DNA from: Ostreococcus lucimarinus
Lineage: Eukaryota
NCBI GenBank assembly: GCA_000092065.1
Contig: CP000600.1
Reading direction: 5' to 3' (one strand)
Length of the DNA: 64,000 nt
The notes under the pieces are model-generated. The model was not told the DNA's origin and made no database searches. It saw only the letters and a program-made list of their open reading frames with translations. Each line of letters opens with the position of its first letter. Within the stretch, counting starts at the first letter, position 1. Made by a program: the position numbers and the translations under genes. Of the stretch, positions 40,175-50,837 are shown piece after piece.

Positions 40175-40966
40175 CTAAAATGCTATCCTATTACTTCCCG
40201 GAGCGGTGTACGCGACCTGGTGCGACGCGCAAAAGCCAAGCGACCGCAAACAGTCAGCGACGACATCTCTCCATGTAGCGACGGCGGCTTCAAACTTTAC
40301 CCTCGCGTCGTCATCCATGATCAAAGAGCTCGGTATACTCCACCCATACGCCAGTTCGCTCTCGTTGTCCACGCCGTCTCGTCGTCTACACTCTAACGAG
40401 TGTACGCTTAAACTGCACGACGATAACATCGCCGCCGCGCTTGACATAGACTCGGTCGGAAATGCGTACACGCACGGAAAATCCAATAATACTCCAGAGA
40501 CCGTCGGCGGTCCTATCGCGTCCGACTGCGCGTCAACGATATCGCTTATATCAATCACACCTTCGCGAGCGCGCAATGCCTCCAAAAGCGCCGCCTGGAC
40601 GCGCTCCCACGCGTCCGTCGCCGCCGTCCCGGTCGCCGGCTCCGGCGCGTGACCGCTCAAGTCGACGAAAATTCCCCGCCAATTCGACGCCTCGCGCGCC
40701 AGTACGCGGACATTCACCACAAACGTCGTTCCATGCATCGTCATAGCGCGCAGCTCGCGAGCATCGACGGCCAGAGTGCGCGCACATTCGCTCGAAAGCG
40801 TCGCCAAAAGTGCGGGCGTGACTCTCGGGGCGTAGTCGTTCATGAAGCTCGTGCGCGCACCGAGGGCGACGACGGCGAGGTCTCGGGCAAGAAGACGCGA
40901 CGTCGAGGCATCACACGTCGAGCGCGCGCGCACGATGGCGTCGACGGCGTCGAGGAGGGTTGACAT
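40175..40966 (-). CDS. Hypothetical protein
   Basis: ATG-initiated 263-aa ORF of complex composition. No family recognised. Confidence 0.4.
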   Translation of the reverse strand: MSTLLDAVDAIVRARSTCDASTSRLLARDLAVVALGARTSFMNDYAPRVTPALLATLSSECARTLAVDARELRAMTMHGTTFVVNVRVLAREASNWRGIFVDLSGHAPEPATGTAATDAWERVQAALLEALRAREGVIDISDIVDAQSDAIGPPTVSGVLLDFPCVYAFPTESMSSAAAMLSSCSLSVHSLECRRRDGVDNESELAYGWSIPSSLIMDDDARVKFEAAVATWRDVVADCLRSLGFCASHQVAYTAPGSNRIAF

Positions 40967-41121
40967 CGCGCGAAAGCGTGGTGCTCGCGGCGACGAGTGC
41001 GGTCAACCGTCGGCTGTGCGTCAAGAGTCTGCGTTTGTTGTACAAATAAAATCATCTAGATGCGTCTAAGCAATGCGCGAAGAAAGAATTGTGAAAGTAT
41101 CGGTGATCGAACTTTACTCGA

Positions 41122-43671
41122 TCACTCGATGGGAACCGCTTGGAAGATTACAGCGGAGCGGTCGACGCACACATAAGCGTTACGACGAAGCGAAGGCAAA
41201 ATCATAGCCTCCGCGGTGTATAAATCAGCCTCGGCGACATCATCGCCGGACACGAAGTCAAACGGTGTCTCCAATGCGGTGTCGAGAACGAGTTTCCATC
41301 GCTGGCCCTCGGGAGGGGTTGGAAGCTTCACGAAGGCTGGTTCGTGGTGCGCGTTGAAGGCGACGTAAAACTTTGGTGACTCCGTGGTATCCTGCAAAGT
41401 GAACGCCACAAATCGCGAATCTTCCTCCCAGAGCGGAACTTCAGGTTTATGTCCGTGCCATTGAATGTTCTCGGCGGTCGGAAACGCTGGAAGTCGGAAT
41501 GCACTGTTGTCCTTGCGAAGCGTGGTGAGTTGGCGGACGAATCTCGCAAGTCCTTCGCCGGCGAGTGGATCGTTTGCCTCGTCCCAATTAACCCAATTCA
41601 TCCAGTTATCGTGACAATACGTGTTGTTGTTACCGCACTTAGTGTGTCCGTATTCATCTCCCATGTACAACATCGGCACACCCTGAGCGACGAATAGTGC
41701 AACCATGAAGTTTCTCATTTGTCGATCTCGCAACGAGCAAATCTCAGGATCGCACGACTCACCATCGTCCTCGCACGTCAAACCGCAATTCCATGATTGG
41801 TTGTGCTCTTCCCCGTCGCGGTTCTCTTCTCCGTTTGCGATGTTGTTCTTCTCGTTGTACGTCACGCAGTCGCGCAACGTGAAACCGTCGTGAGCGGTGA
41901 CAAAGTTGATGCTCGCCGCGGGAGTTCTACCATCGGCGTAGAGCTCGGGGCTACCACACAAACGTTCGGCAAACAAACCAGCGTAACCATCAACGCCTCT
42001 GATGAAGTTACGCACGTCATCACGAAACTTCCCGTTCCACTCAGACCACACGCCAAAGTGCGGGAACGAACCGACTTGATACAATCCGCCGGCATCCCAC
42101 GCCTCGGCGATCAGCTTCGTCCCGGCCAACACGGGATCATTGCTAACGGCATCGATTAACGGTGGGTCTTGAAGCGGAGTTCCAATCGCCACCTCTTCTA
42201 ACATCGGTGTCTCTGCCGTTGATTCGCCAAAAATGTTTGCGCGATCCCACTCGCTTGAGGCGCGCGTGAGAATACTCGCCAAGTCAAATCTGAAGCCATC
42301 GATGTGATATTCGAGCACCCAGTAGCGCAAGCATTCGACGATAAATTCGCGCACCACTGCGTGGTTGCAATTCATTGTGTTACCGCATCCGCTGTAGTTG
42401 TAGAACTGCCCCTCCGGGGCGACCATGTAATACACGCGATTGTCCAAGCCTCGGAACGAGAGTGTCAAACCTTCCTCGTTCCCTTCAGCCGTGTGATTGA
42501 AGACCACATCCATGATGACCTCAATGCCGGCTCGATGTGCCTCTCGTACCATGTACTTGAACTCTTGAGCCGCCGCGCGACCGCAATCTTTGTCACCAGC
42601 CTCGGCGTATCGAGTCATCGGACTGAAAAAGTTGACGGTGCTGTATCCCCAAAAGTTTCTTCGAAATTCCCCCGTGGCTGGGTTCACGCTGTGATATTCC
42701 AACTCATTGAATTCATGGCAAGGCATGAGCTCAATAGCATTCACTCCCAGTGTCTTCAAGTACGGCAACGTCTCCACGAGCGCGGCGTATGTACCGGGTT
42801 GCGCCTTGGTTTTCAAATCCGCCGTCATCCCTCGAACGTGCGCCTCGTACACGACGAGGTCGCTCATCGGACGATTCGGCGAAGTCACGCCTTGCCAGTC
42901 AAAATCTTCTCGATCGTCCTTTTTATTCTTTTTCGGCACCGCACCCGCGTATTGCGGCCAGCAATCTTCGCTCCCGTCCGCCTTCTTACCCAGTTCGCCG
43001 TACCGAGGTCGACTCACCGTCGCCTTGGCGTACGGATCGAGCAAAACCTTACTGCGATCGAATCTGTGCCCTTTCTCGGGTTCGTACGGCCCATCGACTC
43101 TGTACCCATAAAGCACGTTCTCCGCACACTTCGGCAGCGCGACGTGCCACACGCTCCCAGTCTTATTGACTCTATCGTCGAGCTCAATCTCGGCGGTAAT
43201 CTCGCCCTTCGCCAACGCCTCGGGCGTCCACAACACCAAACTCACCGCCGTCGCCGACGACGAAAACACCGCAAAATTCACACTGTCATCCTTATCTCCT
43301 CTCACGCGCGTCGCTCCCAGCGCCTGCGCGTTCCCGCGCGTCGGCGTTTCGCACACGCCTCGCACCGCCGCCGGCGGCTTCGGCGGCGTCCGCGTCGTCG
43401 TCTTCACCACCGTCGTCATCGGCGCCTTCCCGCGCGCCATCGGCGGGTTCGCCTCCACCCTCCCGCTCGCTCCCGTCGTCGCGTCGCTTCGCGTCGTCGT
43501 CGTCGTCCGCGCTCGCGCGCGCGCGCTCGCGCGCCTCGTCCCCGTCCCAAACGTCCCCGTCCCCGTCCCCGTCCCTCCGCGCGTCGTCCCGCGCGCATCG
43601 CGCCTCGCGCGTCGCGCGTCGCATCGCGCGACGCGCGTCGTCGCCGCCGCCGTCGTCGTCGTCGCCGCCAT
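41122..43671 (-). CDS. ISA: Isoamylase-type starch debranching enzyme (GH13), plastid-targeted
   Basis: GH13 conserved regions: GFRFDLASIL (region II), LIAEAWDAGG (region III), NFVTAHDGFTLRD (region IV), plus an N-terminal CBM48-like segment. A~T/R-rich transit peptide. Confidence 0.85.
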   Translation of the reverse strand: MAATTTTAAATTRVARCDARRARRDARGTTRGGTGTGTGTFGTGTRRASARARARTTTTTRSDATTGASGRVEANPPMARGKAPMTTVVKTTTRTPPKPPAAVRGVCETPTRGNAQALGATRVRGDKDDSVNFAVFSSSATAVSLVLWTPEALAKGEITAEIELDDRVNKTGSVWHVALPKCAENVLYGYRVDGPYEPEKGHRFDRSKVLLDPYAKATVSRPRYGELGKKADGSEDCWPQYAGAVPKKNKKDDREDFDWQGVTSPNRPMSDLVVYEAHVRGMTADLKTKAQPGTYAALVETLPYLKTLGVNAIELMPCHEFNELEYHSVNPATGEFRRNFWGYSTVNFFSPMTRYAEAGDKDCGRAAAQEFKYMVREAHRAGIEVIMDVVFNHTAEGNEEGLTLSFRGLDNRVYYMVAPEGQFYNYSGCGNTMNCNHAVVREFIVECLRYWVLEYHIDGFRFDLASILTRASSEWDRANIFGESTAETPMLEEVAIGTPLQDPPLIDAVSNDPVLAGTKLIAEAWDAGGLYQVGSFPHFGVWSEWNGKFRDDVRNFIRGVDGYAGLFAERLCGSPELYADGRTPAASINFVTAHDGFTLRDCVTYNEKNNIANGEENRDGEEHNQSWNCGLTCEDDGESCDPEICSLRDRQMRNFMVALFVAQGVPMLYMGDEYGHTKCGNNNTYCHDNWMNWVNWDEANDPLAGEGLARFVRQLTTLRKDNSAFRLPAFPTAENIQWHGHKPEVPLWEEDSRFVAFTLQDTTESPKFYVAFNAHHEPAFVKLPTPPEGQRWKLVLDTALETPFDFVSGDDVAEADLYTAEAMILPSLRRNAYVCVDRSAVIFQAVPIE

Positions 43672-43874
43672 CGCGCGCGGTCGCGCGGTGCGGGCGCGCG
43701 TCGTCGCGAGGCGTTATCCGCGCGAAAAAGCGACGTTCGCGCGGCGCGTCTGGTGGCGTGCGTCGATCGGGCGGTCGCGAACATCGCGCATCGCGCGTAT
43801 TGCGCGCGCGTATTGTGCGCCGTGCGCACGCGATGGGTGCGCGCGATGCGCGTGCATAAATAAATAAACGACCC

Positions 43875-43914
43875 GGTCGGTCGGTCGGTCGGTCGGTCGG
43901 TCGGTCGGTCGGTC
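43875..43914. repeat. (GGTC)10 microsatellite
   Basis: Seen directly in the sequence, in the isoamylase/lumazine-synthase divergent intergenic region. Confidence 0.85.
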
Positions 43915-44361
43915 GCCCGACCGCGCGGCAAAAGGAAACGGGGGGGTTCTTCGCTCATCAGTCTGACCGCGCGCCGTCCTCTGTGACTTGGAATGTGACG
44001 ACACAGGGCCTTCATCAAGCTAGCGCGCCGCGCGGCGTCCGAGACGCCGCGTCGTCGCGAAGCGGATTGTCGAGCTCGAGCGCGCGGCCTTCTCGGTCGT
44101 CGTCTGAGGTAAGAAGCTTGTTTTCATTTGGAGAAAACTGATTAGGTGTACGAAATGTAGAATACGATCCTGTATTAGTACAATCGTGATGTGCAGACGC
44201 GAGACCCCCCTGGACGTCGCGCGCGCGCGTCGCGGCGCGCGTTGTTACGGGTCCGCCGACGCGCGACGTTCGGGCGGGCGCGGAACGCGCCGAAAACGCG
44301 TTCTAGGGTTGTGCGCCGCGACACTCGTCGTCGCGCGTCGCCGCGCCGCGATTCGCGATCG

Positions 44362-45087
44362 ATGGCCGCGACGCGCTCGACGCGCGTCGCGCGCGCGCCG
44401 CGCGTCGCGCTCGACGCGCGCGGACGCGCGCGCGCGCGCGTTCGCGCGAATCGCGCGCGAATCGCGCGCGAGGCGAAAAAGGGCGAGGCGGACGACGCCC
44501 CGACGCGGGCGCCGCTGCCGCGGGAGTACGAACACCACAGCCCGGGATCGGTGCAAGAGACGGACGACGCGGTGACGTTCGCGCACGAACGCGCGGAAGA
44601 GCGAGAGAAATGGGCGAAGACGACCGTCGTGCACGTGGGCGAGGGGTCGCGCGAACGCGTGCGCCTCGGCGTGTGCATCGGCGAGTTTCATAATAAACTC
44701 ATGGATCGCATGCTCGAGGACGCGCGCGTGAGCGCGGAGGCGATGGGAGCGACGATCGATAAGGTGGTGTGGGTGCCGGGGACGTACGAAGCGCCGCTGG
44801 TGGTGGAGAATATGTTGCAGGATCCGACGCTGGACGCGTGCGTCGTGTTGGGATACATCGAAAAGGGATCGACGCTGCACGGGCAAGAGATGGGGGCGAC
44901 GTTTTCCATCATCGCGAAGCAATTAGAGTTAGAGTATGGGAAACCGGTGGGAATGGGGATCATCGGACCGGGCGCGACGGCGGAACAGGCGGAGATGCGC
45001 GTGGCGTACGCGGGCAACGCCGTTCGCGCGAGCGTGCGCATGGCGAGAACGTTCGTGCCCGCGGAAGAAGACGTGGAGACGGCGTGA
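44362..45087 (+). CDS. ribH: 6,7-dimethyl-8-ribityllumazine synthase (RibH/RIB4), organelle-targeted
   Basis: RLGVCIGEFHNKLMDRMLEDA...KVVWVPGTYEAPLVVENML...DACVVLGYIEKGSTLHGQEMGATFSIIAKQLELEYGKPVGMGIIGPGATAEQAEMRVAY is colinear with bacterial lumazine synthase (RFGIVVARFN...VWVPGAFEIPL...[20 protein letters not shown]...). Start at the first ATG (MAATRSTRV...). Confidence 0.7.
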   Translation: MAATRSTRVARAPRVALDARGRARARVRANRARIAREAKKGEADDAPTRAPLPREYEHHSPGSVQETDDAVTFAHERAEEREKWAKTTVVHVGEGSRERVRLGVCIGEFHNKLMDRMLEDARVSAEAMGATIDKVVWVPGTYEAPLVVENMLQDPTLDACVVLGYIEKGSTLHGQEMGATFSIIAKQLELEYGKPVGMGIIGPGATAEQAEMRVAYAGNAVRASVRMARTFVPAEEDVETA

Positions 45088-45221
45088 GTCGTCGACGAGC
45101 GATCACCGACCGCGGGTGGCGTTTAGTTTAAATTTTTATCTCATGGTTAGGATTCTCACGCGACGCTCGCCGTCGTCTCGCTCGCGCTCGCCTCGCTCGG
45201 TCGCCGCACACGGTGACGCCG

Positions 45222-46436
45222 ATGCTCGCCGCCGCGCGTCGCCGCGCGTCCGCCGCGCGAGCGTCCACGGTCGAAGCGTGCGCGCGAGCGCTGGCGTCGG
45301 GGTCGGCGACGCGCGCGCGGGCGTCGGCGTGCGCGAACGCTGCGCGCGGGACGTGGGCCGAAGCATCGACTTCAACGCCGCCTCGCGCCGCGCACGCGAG
45401 CTCTTTCGTCGCTCGACGACCGAGAACGGGCGATGGTGAATATTTCCGTTCGTTCGCCGCGTCGGCGTCGACGTCTCACTCGTCGAGGGTGAAGGCGGAC
45501 GAAGAAGCGTCGTCGGCGTCGTCGGCGGCGACGCCGGCGCCCGAGGCGGAGAACACCTGGGTCGATCGCGTCGTTCCCTCGTCCTTGGTGCCGTACGCCA
45601 AGCTCGTGAGATTGGACCGACCTATCGGGACCGCGCTTTTGGCGTGGCCGTGCTTCTGGTCGATCGCGCTGGCGGCGGACGCGGGCGCGCTTCCGGACGC
45701 GCGTCTGCTCGGACTGTTCGGCGTCGGAGCGCTTCTTCTTCGAGGCGCGGGGTGCACGGTGAACGATCTGTGGGATCGAGACATCGATAATAAAGTTTCG
45801 CGCACGCGTAACCGCCCGATCGCGAGCGGGGCGGTGAGCGTTCCGAAAGCCATATTGTTTTTAGGCGCGCAACTCGCGCTCGGACTCGGCGTGTTGGTTC
45901 AGCTGAACGATTATTCAAAAATTCTGGGCGCGAGTTCGTTGGCTCTCGTCGCAGCGTATCCCGCCATGAAACGCATCACGAATTATCCACAGGCGTTTCT
46001 CGGGTTGACGTTTAATTGGGGGGCTTTGCTCGGCTGGGCCGCCGTGCACGGCTCGTGCGACTGGGGCGCGGTGCTGCCGCTCTACGCCTCAGGCGTGGCG
46101 TGGACTTTGGTGTACGACACTATTTATGCGCATCAAGATAAGCACGACGACGCCAAGGTCGGTATCAAGTCGACTGCGTTGCACTTTGGTAAAGACACAA
46201 AGAAATATTTAGGAGCGTTCGCGCTCGCCGGCACTTCGGCGCTTTGCGCATCTGGGGCGTACGTCGGTTTAGATTATCCGTTTTACGTCGGCGTCGCAAC
46301 CGCGACGTCACATTTGTTTTGGCAAATCGCGACGGTGGATTTGGACGATCGAGAAGACTGTGCGGCGAAGTTTCGCAGCAACTCGACGTACGGCGCACTG
46401 GTGTTCGCGGGGATAGTCGCAGGAAAGGTGTTTTGA
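45222..46436 (+). CDS. COQ2: 4-hydroxybenzoate polyprenyltransferase (COQ2/UbiA family), mitochondrial
   Basis: YAKLVRLDRPIGTALLAWPCFWSIALAA...NDLWDRDIDNKVSRTRNRPIASGAVS...YDTIYAHQDKHDDAKVGIKSTALHFG shows the UbiA Asp-rich motifs. Start at the first ATG (MLAAARRR...). Confidence 0.8.
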   Translation: MLAAARRRASAARASTVEACARALASGSATRARASACANAARGTWAEASTSTPPRAAHASSFVARRPRTGDGEYFRSFAASASTSHSSRVKADEEASSASSAATPAPEAENTWVDRVVPSSLVPYAKLVRLDRPIGTALLAWPCFWSIALAADAGALPDARLLGLFGVGALLLRGAGCTVNDLWDRDIDNKVSRTRNRPIASGAVSVPKAILFLGAQLALGLGVLVQLNDYSKILGASSLALVAAYPAMKRITNYPQAFLGLTFNWGALLGWAAVHGSCDWGAVLPLYASGVAWTLVYDTIYAHQDKHDDAKVGIKSTALHFGKDTKKYLGAFALAGTSALCASGAYVGLDYPFYVGVATATSHLFWQIATVDLDDREDCAAKFRSNSTYGALVFAGIVAGKVF

Positions 46437-46491
46437 TAGTATCTAGATAGATGAAATTGTTTATACGCGTATTCGGTTCTCATATTTTTCA

Positions 46492-49419
46492 TCACGCCGA
46501 CAGAGACGCATCAATGCTCTCGATACGCTCCTCGACGTCACCCCCCGCGGCGAGAGCGGCCAATTTTGCCATCGACAACATTCGTCGTTTTTCATCCTCA
46601 GCGGTACCGGCACGATTACCGATGGACGCCAACGTCTCGCTAGCTCGAGCGTACTTACCCATGCGAAGCTCCATCAACCAACGAAGATCGGGATGGGACG
46701 ACAAGAATCGTTCCAAGTCGCCGTGGAATTCTACCGGTAGGTCGCGCAACAACGCCGCTGCACGATCTTGCACTATGGCCAACTTACGATAGACAAAGTG
46801 CGCGAAAGTCTCTTCGCCGTCTTCTTGGGCACCTAGAAGCGTGCGCATATAATGATGAAGACGGCCCGTAGCATTCGGCGCGTCACAAATCTCGAAAAGC
46901 TCGGCGTAGCCAAAGTGAGCCTCTGCCACAGCGGCGACGGATTCGACGGACACATCAACGCCTTCCGTCAGGGAGCCACGTTGAGGACGATCTTGCTGTG
47001 GTACCGTTGTACTGTGCGTGGCGCACTCAAGAAGTGTGGGCAGGACCAACGCCCGATCGGCCACGTACTCATCGTGCGCTTCAATGCGGTCTGTCGAACT
47101 CGGCAGCGCTGCGTTGAGGTTTGCAGCCGAGGCGTCGAGCAACGGCGCCGCTGAAGCCATCAAGCGTGATCCTAGAACTGGAGCTAGCCCAACATGTGTC
47201 TTACTCAGCGCAGCTTCTTTGTAAAGAGTAATTGCCGTTTTCGACAGCGCGCGAAGGGCTTCGCGTGCTTCAATCTCACACGTCCAATTCACGCCAACGC
47301 TCGATGAAAACGGTGGATATAGCCCAGTACGTCGCCTTCTAAAATCGTTCGCCGCCTCCAAAGCCACTAGTAACCCGCGAGCACAAGTATCGAGCGTGAT
47401 CGCACGCTTTTCTAATGCCTTATTTTTCGCAAGATTCTTTTCTAAAACGTACACGACGGCTGGGAACATCAAGCGTGCTTCGCTCGAACGGCTGAAACAA
47501 ACTTCCACATCTGATCTTTCATCCAACGCGCTGTCGGTCTCTTTGATCGCAGCACCCGCATGCGTGACAATTTCTTCTAACATAGGTTTCATCTCATCGT
47601 CGACGGTGTGTTGCAAACCACGAAGCTGTGAAAGGGCTGCAATCATTTCACCGTGCATCAGTATCTCTGAGCGTTCCTCGGCGTTGATTTCGCTCCAGGC
47701 TCCGCTCTCGGTCAAGAAATCTAGAAAGAGTAGATGTCTGTTTAACTTTTCAGCACCGTGCTCTTCAATGGTTGGACCACCGCCACGGGTGGATTTGCCC
47801 GAAAGCTTCTTTGGCAACGCATCGACGAGACCTTTGCTCATCGTTGCAAACGGCGCAGCGTCGCTCACAAACGCTCCCGACGCTCGCAGGCGGGACTTCG
47901 TCTGACCAAGAGGACCACTTTGCCCGGCGAAGTAGTTTTCAAATTCTACGCGCACGCACTCACTCGCGTTCGTATCGTCCACCGGATTTGCACTGGGACT
48001 AGTCACGTGTGACGACGACCGCGTGGTGCGCTTCGGCGTCTCCTTTGCAGAACGCCGCGGGGTCGTCTGCCTCCCGCTCGCGTGCGGTTTGAACGTAGAA
48101 CAACCACTCTCTTTCGTCAAAATAAGCCACTCACCCGTACCGACGCGTTTAATGTCGATGATTGGTTCGTGGTTGGATGCGTCCATGCGCGCCGATACTC
48201 GAGAATAATCCACGCCTGAGAACATCACGGCGGAACCGTCGCCAGCGAGCACGAACGTATCCTCTCCATCGACGACAACTTTTGCGTGCAAGAAGTTATT
48301 GGGCAAAGCACCCGCGGGAGGCACGGCGGAGGCGATGAGGTTCATCGTATCCGTGCCGTGAGCGCGTTGAAAACGATGGAGCGATCCTCTACCGTCGCAC
48401 TCGACGAGCACGGTGATGTCCACGCCAGCCTTCGTCAGCGTCCAATCTGCAGAAACGAAGACGATATTGGAAGACACGCGCAACGATTTCTGAATTTTCT
48501 TACCGAGCTTGTGCACATGCGCCAAAGTGGGCGACTTCTCCGACACCGAAACGTCGAGCGACCATTCCTCGAGCTTTCCATCCGCCACGCAAACGAGCAA
48601 TCGTCGCTTCGTTTCCGTCGAACCATCGACAAAGCTGAGCGATCGCACGCCCCCCACATTCACTCTTCGACTTAAAAGCGCACCAGCCGCCATCGTGGCA
48701 GACCTGATCGCTCCCCAAGCTCGACTCTTTCCCGGAGTTTTCATCGGCGAGCCCGGCGCGCTCCCTCCGTTCCCCTCCTCCTCTTCTTCGTCGTGCATAT
48801 CATCCACCCAATGACTCGTATTCGTTCGATCAAACACTTTCCACGTCACCCCATCCTTTCCATCGCTCTCGACCGCGTAGAGATTCCCATTAGAATCCCC
48901 CACCACCGCGCGCGCCGTCCCGCTCGTCGTCTCCGTCGCCGCGCACCGCGTCGCCCTCGCGCGCGCCCCCTTCACCTCCACGTACGCCGTCTCGATCGCC
49001 GTCGCTCGCATCGTCGGCGAGTACACATCTCTCACGTACGCCCCATCCCCCGCCTCCGTGAACACCACGCACGCATCATCGTCGACGAACGTCGCGACTT
49101 CGCACGCGTCTCGCAAGCCCAAGTCCCGCGCCGCGTCCAGCGCGCGCCACCGCATCGGTTCCCGTCCCCCCGGGCGCGCGCGTTCGACGCAGAACGCGCG
49201 TCCAACGTCGCGCGCTCTCGTTTCATCGTCCTCCGCGCCGTGCGCCCGCGTCAGCGCTCCGTCGCGTCGCTCGCCGCGCATCCAGACGTTTGTCCCATCG
49301 CTCGCGTTCGCGCGCGATTTCCGCGCGTCCAGCCCCCCGCGCGGGCGCGCGTCGGCGTCGATCGCGCGCGCGATGCCCTCGCGCGCGTCCTCCGCGCGCG
49401 CGGCGTCGTCGCGCGGCAT
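46492..49419 (-). CDS. NUP133: Nucleoporin Nup133-like (N-terminal beta-propeller plus C-terminal alpha-solenoid)
   Basis: C-terminal ...FLSSHPDLRWLMELRMGKYARASETLASIGNRAGTAEDEKRRMLSMAKLAALAAG parallels human Nup133 ...[48 protein letters not shown] (my recall). 975 aa. ATG at 49419. Confidence 0.55.
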   Translation of the reverse strand: MPRDDAARAEDAREGIARAIDADARPRGGLDARKSRANASDGTNVWMRGERRDGALTRAHGAEDDETRARDVGRAFCVERARPGGREPMRWRALDAARDLGLRDACEVATFVDDDACVVFTEAGDGAYVRDVYSPTMRATAIETAYVEVKGARARATRCAATETTSGTARAVVGDSNGNLYAVESDGKDGVTWKVFDRTNTSHWVDDMHDEEEEEGNGGSAPGSPMKTPGKSRAWGAIRSATMAAGALLSRRVNVGGVRSLSFVDGSTETKRRLLVCVADGKLEEWSLDVSVSEKSPTLAHVHKLGKKIQKSLRVSSNIVFVSADWTLTKAGVDITVLVECDGRGSLHRFQRAHGTDTMNLIASAVPPAGALPNNFLHAKVVVDGEDTFVLAGDGSAVMFSGVDYSRVSARMDASNHEPIIDIKRVGTGEWLILTKESGCSTFKPHASGRQTTPRRSAKETPKRTTRSSSHVTSPSANPVDDTNASECVRVEFENYFAGQSGPLGQTKSRLRASGAFVSDAAPFATMSKGLVDALPKKLSGKSTRGGGPTIEEHGAEKLNRHLLFLDFLTESGAWSEINAEERSEILMHGEMIAALSQLRGLQHTVDDEMKPMLEEIVTHAGAAIKETDSALDERSDVEVCFSRSSEARLMFPAVVYVLEKNLAKNKALEKRAITLDTCARGLLVALEAANDFRRRRTGLYPPFSSSVGVNWTCEIEAREALRALSKTAITLYKEAALSKTHVGLAPVLGSRLMASAAPLLDASAANLNAALPSSTDRIEAHDEYVADRALVLPTLLECATHSTTVPQQDRPQRGSLTEGVDVSVESVAAVAEAHFGYAELFEICDAPNATGRLHHYMRTLLGAQEDGEETFAHFVYRKLAIVQDRAAALLRDLPVEFHGDLERFLSSHPDLRWLMELRMGKYARASETLASIGNRAGTAEDEKRRMLSMAKLAALAAGGDVEERIESIDASLSA

Positions 49420-49541
49420 CGCGACGACGCGTCGGCGTGTGCGGCGTCGTCGGCGCGCGCGCCATCGCTCCGCCGAGACATCCGCGCGCGGAGGACGCGC
49501 GCGGCGTCGATTCGTCGCGCGGCGACCGGCGACGTCGAGCG

Positions 49542-50711
49542 ATGGGGCTGTACGACGACTTGCCCGAGGTGACGCGCGCGGAGGCGGGCGCGCGCGCGCG
49601 AGAGGGCGGCGAGGGCGCGGCGGGCGGTTGGGGCGGGACGACGACGACGACGACGACGGAAGCGACGACGGAAGCGACGACGACGAAGGAAGGAGGCGCG
49701 AGCGAAGCGATGCGCGCGAAGGGCGCGATCGGGGGGAAGGCGGGCGTGCTGCGCGCGCAGGCGAACGCGCTCAGGGCGGCGCGGTCGAGGACGCTTCGGG
49801 ACGCGGAGGCGAGACGCGCCGAGTCGAAGAAACGCGCGCGAGAGCGAAAAGAGGACTCGAGAGGAGGCGAGGACGAGGTAAAAACGATCGAAGTCGCCGT
49901 GGCGAGCGATGAGGAGGAGACGGATGATGTGGACGATGGGTACGATCCGGCGGCGCCGAACGACTACGAGCGAACGCTCGCGGAGAGAGCGGAGCGGGCG
50001 AGACGGAGACGGGATTTAAACGCGAACGAGGAGTTGCGAAAGGAGTTAGAATCGAAGAGAAAAGCGATGGAGTCGCAGAGATCGGCGATGGATCGCGAGG
50101 AGGTGTTGGGGGTGGATGGTCGAGAGGCTCGGCGACGGCGGCTGGCGATGGGCCGAGACGCGGGCGCGAGTCGAGATACAAACAGCGCTAGTGGCGCTCA
50201 GAAGGCGAACAAAGGGAAGAGCGCGGCGGAGAAAATGATGGAAAAAATGGGTTGGACGAAAGGTCGAGGCTTGGGTAAGTCTGAGCAAGGGATGACGACG
50301 CCTCTGGAGGTCCGAAAAGACTCGGCGACGAGCGGTAAAATCGTCAACGCGGCGCCGGTGATTTTCGAAAAGAAAAAAGTACCGCTGCGCGGTAAGCCGA
50401 CGCCAGTGCTCTTGCTTCGTAACGTCGTGCTCGCGGGCGAAGTCGTCGATACGCTCGAAGACGACGTCGCCGAGCACTGCGAAAAGTTTGGCGACGTGGT
50501 TCGAGTTTTCATCTTTGAGATCGAAGAAGAGGGTTTCGCCAAAGAAGAGACGGTTCGTATATTCGTCGAGTTCGTCGACACGAAGACCGCCATAAGCGCA
50601 GGTGCCGAGCTCGATGGTCGCGTGTTCGCGAACCGAGTCGTCAAGGCGAGCTATTATGATGTCGAAAGATTCGAAGCCGGCGATTTGGGCCCGCAAGCGG
50701 GCGAAACGTAA
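49542..50711 (+). CDS. RBM17: Splicing factor SPF45/RBM17 (plant DRT111-like): G-patch plus C-terminal UHM
   Basis: Starts MGLYDDLPEV (human SPF45 starts MSLYDDLGVE). PNDYERTLAERAERARRRR. G-patch MMEKMGWTKGRGLGKSEQGMTTPLEV. UHM-type RRM ...VLLLRNVVLAGEVVDTLEDDVAEHCEKFGDVVRVFIFEI...IFVEFVDTKTAISAGAELDGRVFANRVVKASYYDVERF. Confidence 0.8.
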   Translation: MGLYDDLPEVTRAEAGARAREGGEGAAGGWGGTTTTTTTEATTEATTTKEGGASEAMRAKGAIGGKAGVLRAQANALRAARSRTLRDAEARRAESKKRARERKEDSRGGEDEVKTIEVAVASDEEETDDVDDGYDPAAPNDYERTLAERAERARRRRDLNANEELRKELESKRKAMESQRSAMDREEVLGVDGREARRRRLAMGRDAGASRDTNSASGAQKANKGKSAAEKMMEKMGWTKGRGLGKSEQGMTTPLEVRKDSATSGKIVNAAPVIFEKKKVPLRGKPTPVLLLRNVVLAGEVVDTLEDDVAEHCEKFGDVVRVFIFEIEEEGFAKEETVRIFVEFVDTKTAISAGAELDGRVFANRVVKASYYDVERFEAGDLGPQAGET

Positions 50712-50837
50712 TCTAGGAGCACTCCTCGCATAGCGCTAGCAAACACATAGACGCCTTAGTTTTTGTCTCGATGACGCAGTTGATTGATTTACACGCAACA
50801 AGCCAGTAGAGCTACGACTCGACTCGAATTCTTCTTC

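Noticed and set aside
42304-43867. Plus-strand ORFs 42304–43863 and 43166–43867 overlapping isoamylase
   Set aside because: They are antisense to an unambiguous GH13 isoamylase and have a poly-R/P/H composition.
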